Assembly (NCBI GenBank): GCA_048938895.1
Contig: JBHLLU010000014.1
Coordinates: forward strand, 1 to 45,289
From: Promethearchaeota archaeon
Lineage (GTDB): Archaea; Asgardarchaeota; Lokiarchaeia; Sigyniarchaeales; SOKP01
Length of the DNA stretch: 45,289 bases
Reading direction: 5' to 3'
In this document: positions 38,968 through 45,289 of the stretch, one piece after another
How positions within the stretch are numbered: position 1 is the stretch's first letter
Layout: the number at the start of each line of letters is the position of its first letter
Notes under the pieces: generated by a model
What the model saw: the letters and a program-made list of their open reading frames with translations, nothing else
Told to the model about the DNA's origin: nothing
Database searches by the model: none
Made by a program: the position numbers and the translations under genes

Positions 38968-39414
38968 ATATAAACTTTTTATTTTTAAAAGATAAGATAT
39001 TTTTAATAATCAATCTAATATCTAAACCCCGCTTTAAAAGTTATGATATATTTTGCAAAACTTTTATGCAAACTAGGTAAAATATAGTCAGTTTGATCGT
39101 TTTAGTATTTTTAGATATATTCTGCAGATTATAAAGAGTATTAATATCTGAGAATTTTATGAAAATCAAGCAATGGATAGAACATGATTTTAAGCAATGA
39201 TTGGATCAGTTAGGAATAATTGGGAATCAACTTTAGTAGTAATTATAGAAAATATATAGGAATTTAAGTCGATTATGATGAAATCTAGCAAATTCATATA
39301 TCTGTAAAAAAAGAAAAAAATAATAAACTTATGAAAAGAATGGATCTCAGTTTACTACTCCCCAGATAATTTAATTATTCTTTTTATTAATTTAATAAAA
39401 TATGAAATTAGAAT

Positions 39415-39780
39415 TTAGAACCATTGAGTTGCGTCTACCTCTAAAACTAAATCATTCAACGTAGCAGCTCCAACAATCTTTACACCCGGAATTAAGTCCA
39501 CTTTGTCCCAACCTAACATTCTTTTTGACGCTTCACATACTAAAATTTCAATTCCCATATCCAAAGTTTTATCTATCATTTCTTTTACAGTGGGAAAATT
39601 ACCTAATTTTATTCTATCTGGTTCCCCCGGTTTTAATATTCTCAGTCCTGTTCCTAAATAATAAATAATTGGTTTAACATCCATAGCTTTTGCAGTTTGA
39701 GCTAATACCAATGGCGAGTATTGCCGTTCAGGATCGTCACTAGTCTGAACATAAAGGATTGTCTTTTCTTTATCGTTTAT
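39415..39780 (-). CDS. DsrE/DsrF-like family protein
   Basis: Frame open upstream of the track's TTG: (I)NDKEKTILYVQTSDDPERQYSPLVLAQTAKAMD...YYLGTGLRILK...GIEILVCEAS...IPGVKIVGAAT. GAGGTG SD 7 nt before ATA 39780. Confidence 0.82.
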   Translation of the reverse strand: MNDKEKTILYVQTSDDPERQYSPLVLAQTAKAMDVKPIIYYLGTGLRILKPGEPDRIKLGNFPTVKEMIDKTLDMGIEILVCEASKRMLGWDKVDLIPGVKIVGAATLNDLVLEVDATQWF

Positions 39781-39824
39781 AATTAACCACCTCTTAATTT
39801 TTTAATATATATTTTAAATTAGAC

Positions 39825-39848
39825 AAATTTGCTAACAAAAATTTGCTA
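39825..39848. promoter_or_regulatory. Direct-repeat operator candidate upstream of dsrE
   Basis: AAATTTGCTA at 39825-39834 and 39839-39848, abutting a minus-strand TATTTATA (39847-39854). Confidence 0.4.
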
Positions 39849-40115
39849 TAAATATTCTCCATCAAGTGTAATTAAATCTCACCTTCATATTTTAAAACTA
39901 ATATTCAATTTTCTCAATGGAACTTTAATTAATTTTTAAGTTTAATTTTTGAATTATCAATATCCTTAGTAGAATGAGGCAAAATCATATTAAGGTATTA
40001 ATTTAAGAGACATGTTTGATATTGATCATAATTATGTTCTATATAGGGGGACTATACTACTACAAATAATCTAAAAAAATTAGAATTAAAACCTTTAAAA
40101 AGAAATAAATTAAAA

Positions 40116-40352
40116 TTGATTTTAGTTGCTTTAATTGCAAGTCTTATTAATAAATATCACCCTAATTTTGTAACTGAAGAGAAGGGTAGTAGGTGGGAGG
40201 AAGTGTTATCACAAGATGATCCTATAGCTACTCTATTGCAAAATTATGAGATACCCTATCATATTATAGATATTTATGAAAATGCAGAAGGTTATCTTTA
40301 TGCAAATAATGAGAATAATTATTCTAAATTTTTATTTTCTTTTATTTTTTAA
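40116..40352 (+). pseudogene. Probable remnant of a hypothetical protein gene
   Basis: 78-aa ORF with a protein-like core (FVTEEKG.R..E....DDPIA..LQ.YEIPYHIIDI.ENA.GYL) but no good start; its tail runs into the T-rich hdrA 3' end. Confidence 0.3.
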
Positions 40353-43300
40353 ATAAGTGATTTTGTTCGACCAATATGTTCAATTTCTAATTTTTCTAGC
40401 CCTTTCGGAACTATTAATTCGCTCAATTTTTTAATTCTATTGGTAAAATTTGTTATCAATTCAGCAAATTGTTTTCCTTCACTTGCCGAAATCGCGTGAA
40501 TCATAATTCTTTCTTCCTTTATTCCTATTTTTTCTAACAATTTTTTCAAATGTTCCATTCGAAGATAAGCATTTTCGTTTCCACTTATATAATGGCAATC
40601 TCCTAGATGACAACCAGCTATAAATACACCATCAGCACCGTTTAAAAAAGCCTGTACTATAAATCTCTTAGACATCCCACCAGAACACATCACTCGAATA
40701 ATTCTTATGTTTGGAGGGTATTGATATCTACTTACACCTGCTAAATCTGCTCCAGCATAACTACACCAATTGCATAAAAATGCGACAATTCGTGGTTCTC
40801 CGTTTTTATCAGGAGAATAAGTGGCTTCTGTAATCATTGGTTCAATCTGAGGGGTTCCAAAATGATGCATCACTATAGCAGAAGCAGGACATTCTGCCAT
40901 ACAGGTTCCGCAGCCTTTACAAATGGCTTCAATTATATGTGCTTTTACATAATTAGTTGTATATAATCCCATTTCTTTAGTGGTTTCTATTAACTCTATT
41001 GCATTGTAAGGACAGATTGCTGCACACCTACCACATCCAATACATTTATCTTTTTTAACTTTAGATATAATCCCTTCTGTTTCTAAAATTTCTTTGGATA
41101 GAATGGTCACTGCTCTAGATGCGGCTGAATTTGCTTGGGATATGCTTTCTCTGATATTTGCAGCTCCACGAGCAGTTCCGCATAAGAAAATACCATTAGT
41201 AGCAAAATCAGAAGGTCTTAATTTAACATGAGCTTCTAAAAAGAATTTATCCTCATTTAGTGGTACTTTTAATATTTGAGCCAAAAAGGCATTATCTTCA
41301 GGAGCAGTGATACCTGCGCTTAAAACCGTTAACTCCGACTGAATCTTAAGATTTCCAATATCACTTCGATATAATAGATTTACTAGTTTATCATCTTTTA
41401 TATCGATTTTGGGTGGATTCTCTTTGTCAAATCTGATAAAAAGAATTCCTTTTTCTCTCGCTAAATTATAATATTTTTCTTTAAATCCATAGGTTCTAAT
41501 GTCTCTATATAAAACAGTAATATTAAGGCTTGGGTTAATTCTTTTTGCTTTTAAAGCATTTTTAATAGCTTCAGTACAACAGATTCTACTACAGTAGGGA
41601 TGCGTATCATTCCTAGAACCAACACATTGAATCATTACTAATGATTTTAATTTTTTTATTTTCTCTTCATTTGTAAAGAGAATTTTTTCGAATTTCGACT
41701 GAGTAATAATTCGAGCATCTCTACCGAACAAAAATTCGTTGTCTTGTGGGATATATTCTTTTGCTCCTGTAGCTAAAATAATTATTCCATGCGAAATCTT
41801 TTCTAATTTTTTCTCACTGCAAAAAATAATATCAGAGGTGAAGTTTCCTATATATCCTCTAATTGAGTTAACTTTAGCTTCAAGAAAGATTTTTATCAAA
41901 TTATGATTAGTAACTTTATCTATTAATTCTCGAAGAAATTTCTGTACATCGTTATTCTCTAAAGTCTGATAGATATTTCTTGCAAAACCTCCTAAAACTT
42001 CGCTCTTCTCAACTAAAAATACTTCATACCCTTGATTTGCAAGGTTTAATGCTGCAATCATTCCTGTGATACCTCCACCTATAATGAGCCCTTTATGAGT
42101 TATCTCTATTTCTTGCTCCTGCAAGGGTTTTAAATTTCTAGCTTTTGAAACAGACATTCTTACTAAATCTTTTGCTTTTTGGGTTGCTTGTTCTGGTTCA
42201 TGCATATGAACCCACGAACATTGATCTCGAATATTTGCCAAATCAAATAAATACTTATTTAACCCTGCCTCTCGGATCGTAGCCTGAAACAATGGTTCAT
42301 GAGTTCTCGGTGTACAGGAAGCCACAATTACTCGATTTAAATTATATTTCTTAATTTTCTCTTTAATATTAGTCTGAGTATCAGCAGAACAAGTATATAA
42401 ATTCCTTTCTGCATATATTACATTAGGTAATGTACTTGCATATTCAACAACTTCAGGAACATCTACCACACCTCCGATATTAATTCCACAATGACATATA
42501 AACACACCTATGCGGGGAGGTTTTCCACTTACATCTAACTCTTCTGGATATTCTTTTTTAGTAATTAATGTATTCCTCACGTCAGATAGAAAAACATTAA
42601 CAGCACCAGCAGCGGCACTTGCATCAACCACAGTTTCTGGAATATCTTTAGGTTCTGAAAACATACCACAAACAAAAATTCCTTCTCTTGATGTTTTCAT
42701 TGGGGAAAAGGGCATTGTCTTACAAAAGCCATATTCATTTAAATCAATATTTAACTTTTCAGCTAATATTTTACCTTTAGAAGGGGGTTTTGCACCAACA
42801 GCAAGAACAATTAGATTAAAAATTTCCTCAGTTATTTGCCCATTTTCTGTTTCATAATAAATATTAAGATCTTTTGTATCTGGGTCTTCTTGAATTCTAC
42901 TTATTCTTCTACGAATGTATCTAATCCCGTATTCATCTTGTGCACGTTCAATGTATTTATCAAAATCCTTCCCACAAGCTCTAATATCCATTGGGAAAAT
43001 AGTAGGTTCAACAATATCCATATGCTCCTTAGCAATTACAGCCTCCTTAGCAGTATACATACAACAAACAGAGGAACAGTACTCGATTCCAATGCTTTTA
43101 TCTCTAGATCCAACACATTGGAGGAATCCTATTTTTATAGGGATAGTCCCATCAGAAGGACGTACAATTTTTCCTGAAAAAGGTCCACTAGCACTTAAAA
43201 TCCGTTCAAATTGAGTACTGGTAACAACATTCTTAAATTTTCCATAACCATATTGTTTCAGCGGAGTAGGATCATATTCCTCAAAACCACATGCCAATAT

Positions 43301-43864
43301 TATAGCCCCCACATCTATATTGATAATTTTTTCTTTTAGAGTATAATCAATAGCTTTTGCCTTACATACACCTCTACAAATTCCACATCCAATACATTTA
43401 TCCTTATCAATTGAAAAGATTAAGGGCACAGCTTGAGGAAATTTTACAGATATTGCTGATCTCTTTGATAATCCTTCATTGAATAAGTCAACTGCTTCTA
43501 CGGGACATGATTTGGCACATAATCCACATCCAGTGCATTTATTTTGATCCAAATATAATGATTTCTGTTTAATTTCAACTGTAAAATTACCAGGCATTCC
43601 TTTAATTTTTTCAATATTTGAATTTATCAGGATATTGATATTCTCATGCCGTCCTGCTGCAACCAATTTTGGGGCAAGAATGCAAATGGCACAGTCATTT
43701 GTAGGAAATGTTTTATCTAGTTGAGACATAACTCCACCAATACTAGTTGTGGATTCTACTATGTATATTTTATACCCAGAATCAGCAAGATCCATTGCGG
43801 CTTGGATGCCTCCAATTCCTCCTCCAACAACTAAAACAGCACCTACTTTTTCCATTTTTTTCAA
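40349..43864 (-). CDS. hdrA: Heterodisulfide reductase subunit A-like polyferredoxin flavoprotein fused to C-terminal MvhD
   Basis: Two FAD Rossmann motifs (VGGGIGG, IGGGITG), LDKTFPTNDCAICI, QCVGSR...YCSSVCC, ASCTPRTHE, NIRDQCSWVH, ferredoxin motifs; C-terminal AFLCNWCSYAGAD...RVMCSG...AGCHLGDCHY (MvhD). Confidence 0.95.
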   Translation of the reverse strand: MKKMEKVGAVLVVGGGIGGIQAAMDLADSGYKIYIVESTTSIGGVMSQLDKTFPTNDCAICILAPKLVAAGRHENINILINSNIEKIKGMPGNFTVEIKQKSLYLDQNKCTGCGLCAKSCPVEAVDLFNEGLSKRSAISVKFPQAVPLIFSIDKDKCIGCGICRGVCKAKAIDYTLKEKIINIDVGAIILACGFEEYDPTPLKQYGYGKFKNVVTSTQFERILSASGPFSGKIVRPSDGTIPIKIGFLQCVGSRDKSIGIEYCSSVCCMYTAKEAVIAKEHMDIVEPTIFPMDIRACGKDFDKYIERAQDEYGIRYIRRRISRIQEDPDTKDLNIYYETENGQITEEIFNLIVLAVGAKPPSKGKILAEKLNIDLNEYGFCKTMPFSPMKTSREGIFVCGMFSEPKDIPETVVDASAAAGAVNVFLSDVRNTLITKKEYPEELDVSGKPPRIGVFICHCGINIGGVVDVPEVVEYASTLPNVIYAERNLYTCSADTQTNIKEKIKKYNLNRVIVASCTPRTHEPLFQATIREAGLNKYLFDLANIRDQCSWVHMHEPEQATQKAKDLVRMSVSKARNLKPLQEQEIEITHKGLIIGGGITGMIAALNLANQGYEVFLVEKSEVLGGFARNIYQTLENNDVQKFLRELIDKVTNHNLIKIFLEAKVNSIRGYIGNFTSDIIFCSEKKLEKISHGIIILATGAKEYIPQDNEFLFGRDARIITQSKFEKILFTNEEKIKKLKSLVMIQCVGSRNDTHPYCSRICCTEAIKNALKAKRINPSLNITVLYRDIRTYGFKEKYYNLAREKGILFIRFDKENPPKIDIKDDKLVNLLYRSDIGNLKIQSELTVLSAGITAPEDNAFLAQILKVPLNEDKFFLEAHVKLRPSDFATNGIFLCGTARGAANIRESISQANSAASRAVTILSKEILETEGIISKVKKDKCIGCGRCAAICPYNAIELIETTKEMGLYTTNYVKAHIIEAICKGCGTCMAECPASAIVMHHFGTPQIEPMITEATYSPDKNGEPRIVAFLCNWCSYAGADLAGVSRYQYPPNIRIIRVMCSGGMSKRFIVQAFLNGADGVFIAGCHLGDCHYISGNENAYLRMEHLKKLLEKIGIKEERIMIHAISASEGKQFAELITNFTNRIKKLSELIVPKGLEKLEIEHIGRTKSLI

Positions 43865-43892
43865 AATACGTAAACCAACTGCTTAAAATAAT

Positions 43893-45122
43893 TTAATAGA
43901 GAAATAAGAATTTGCCTATAAAACTTGCAAGATCTATTACTTCTATTCCATTTTTCGATTCTTTTGCATTCTTATTTATATAAGGTTCATTAAAATAACA
44001 ATTGAAATGTGTTAAACATTTTGGACAAGGAACAATTAAATATTCCGCTCCAGTTTCAATTGCTTCTTTAATACGGTTCTGCCTTAATAAACGAGAATAT
44101 TCGTTACAGTTCAAAAACCCTACGACACCACAGCAATTAGCATCATCCTTGATATTTTCCATTTCGATCAATTCAACACCAGGAATTTTTCTAATCATTT
44201 GTCGTGGAGGATCATACAATTTGCCACCTAAACGCCCTAAACGGCAAGAATCATGATAAGTAACTTTTATGTTTTTTATTCTTGGAAATCGTACACTTTC
44301 GAGGATTTTTTCCTGTAAGAAATATTCAGAAAAATGTATCACTTCGAAATCAAAATCTTTTATTACTCTTGGGTAATCATATTTCCAAGTTCTATACCCT
44401 TCAGCACACCCAACTATAATTTTTTTAACTCCAGCATCTCTATAAAGCTGAACATTATATTTAGCCAATTTTTTAAAAGTTTCAATATCCCCTCTTGCCC
44501 AAAGTGCGTCATGACCGCAACATTTATCATTTAAAACAACAGGAATTATGTCAGCATCGTTTAATAAGCTTAAAATAGTTTTTGCAGTGTCAGTATATTC
44601 TATTCCAAATTTATAAAGCATTTCTTCCATTAGAGGTAAGCATCCTATAAAGTAGGCTATTTCCCCTGATTCACTTATTTTAATTTGAGCATCTTTTAGA
44701 AAACTTAGTTTATTTGGATGAATGGATATATCTGCTTGTAGTTTTGGAATTAACTCAAACATACCATCGTGAGTTTCGCATTGAGTCATTTTGGTATGTT
44801 CGATAAAATCATGAAAAGATGCCTTCCGTAATTCTAAAATTAAATCAGGAATTCTTACACCATTGTTCTCTTGAGTCATTGGGCAATAAATTGTACATTG
44901 ACCACAAGTAAGGCAATTCCAAATATTATACTTTTTTAAAACATTATCTAATGGTGAGAAAATTAGATCTGATACAAAATTTTGGGGAAAGAAGATACCC
45001 AAATGAGATAAGGGGCACACATTAACACAGCGATTGCAGTTGTAGCAATAATTAGCCATGCTGCTTACAATTTCGATTATATCTCCTGAAGTAGACTTAT
45101 TTGAGATATCTATAGACTTCAT
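43893..45122 (-). CDS. HdrD-like Fe-S oxidoreductase (2x[4Fe-4S] plus two CCG domains)
   Basis: CYNCNRCVNVCP, CLTCGQCTIYCP, YFIGC, KCCGH, CAEG, TYHDSCRLGR, CCG, CPKC. Confidence 0.88.
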   Translation of the reverse strand: MKSIDISNKSTSGDIIEIVSSMANYCYNCNRCVNVCPLSHLGIFFPQNFVSDLIFSPLDNVLKKYNIWNCLTCGQCTIYCPMTQENNGVRIPDLILELRKASFHDFIEHTKMTQCETHDGMFELIPKLQADISIHPNKLSFLKDAQIKISESGEIAYFIGCLPLMEEMLYKFGIEYTDTAKTILSLLNDADIIPVVLNDKCCGHDALWARGDIETFKKLAKYNVQLYRDAGVKKIIVGCAEGYRTWKYDYPRVIKDFDFEVIHFSEYFLQEKILESVRFPRIKNIKVTYHDSCRLGRLGGKLYDPPRQMIRKIPGVELIEMENIKDDANCCGVVGFLNCNEYSRLLRQNRIKEAIETGAEYLIVPCPKCLTHFNCYFNEPYINKNAKESKNGIEVIDLASFIGKFLFLY

Positions 45123-45142
45123 AATCTCAATTGAAATATCAG

Positions 45143-45289
45143 TTATTTATTGTCATAAAAAACAAAGAACCCACAATTTGAACATAGGTACCCACTAATG
45201 GTGGATTTACGTCTATATATATAATCACCAAATTCCAAAGTTGAACCACAGTTAGAACATCTCTCCCCATTTTTAGTATCCTTAATTTT
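45143..45289 (-). CDS. Partial zinc-ribbon protein (5' end outside window)
   Basis: Manual translation KIKDTKNGERCSNCGSTLEFGDYIYRRKSTISGYLCSNCGFFVFYDNK*, two CxxC pairs, stop 20 nt before the HdrD-like start. Confidence 0.65.
   Translation of the reverse strand, partial: KIKDTKNGERCSNCGSTLEFGDYIYRRKSTISGYLCSNCGFFVFYDNK

Noticed and set aside
38990-39410. Gene or ncRNA in the feoA-dsrE gap
   Set aside because: No convincing ORF or stable structure found by eye; may be decayed sequence.
40349-43864. Selenocysteine in HdrA/MvhD (and FwdB at 12074-13378)
   Set aside because: These ORFs are uninterrupted, with Cys codons at the relevant motifs and no in-frame TGA.
52-44534. Numerous short antisense or alternate-frame ORFs in the track (e.g. 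52-243, 1785-2060, 4077-4358, 12358-12837, 27433-27879, 29063-29500, 42510-43214, 44002-44534)
   Set aside because: They overlap well-supported genes and show no recognisable motifs; shadow ORFs.
1-45289. CRISPR arrays, tRNA/rRNA genes, transposases or integrases
   Set aside because: No regularly spaced repeats, cloverleaf or rRNA-like GC-rich tracts, or mobile-element ORFs were seen.

Overview
AT-rich (~30% GC by eye) archaeal window whose gene content points to an Asgard archaeon, probably Lokiarchaeia/Promethearchaeota (longin/roadblock-like protein, PGY-type C-terminal sorting signal, CC-type TFB paralog, HdrA-MvhD fusion). In order it holds: a hydrolase cluster (alpha/beta hydrolase, twice-frameshifted DUF885, tandem VOC, sulfatase, haloalkane dehalogenase, MBL-fold, GNAT); two unannotated microproteins; ARMT1, longin-like and Mrp genes; a divergent fwdH-B-D-A operon; a large repeat-rich surface protein; a CoA-transferase; an MtaA-like/corrinoid pair; a VWA protein; a NusA-like protein; a GH57-malEFGK-malQ alpha-glucan locus; TFB; feoAB with a DtxR-type operator; DsrE; and hdrD-like plus hdrA-mvhD. 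Top leads: (1) a 55-aa single-TM microprotein missed by the ORF track (8486-8653), with an in-frame UGA in a Gly-rich GGGT-U-GC tail followed by a eukaryote-like SECIS-type structure (AUGA...AAAAA...GGAU), i.e. a candidate new Asgard selenoprotein reminiscent of SELENOK/SELENOS; (2) a MalK ATPase with ~160 aa of probable transmembrane helices inserted inside its nucleotide-binding domain; (3) several genes that appear to start at ATA/ATT; (4) an Fwd complex with substituted catalytic residues. All family calls are from motif recognition by eye; no searches were run.
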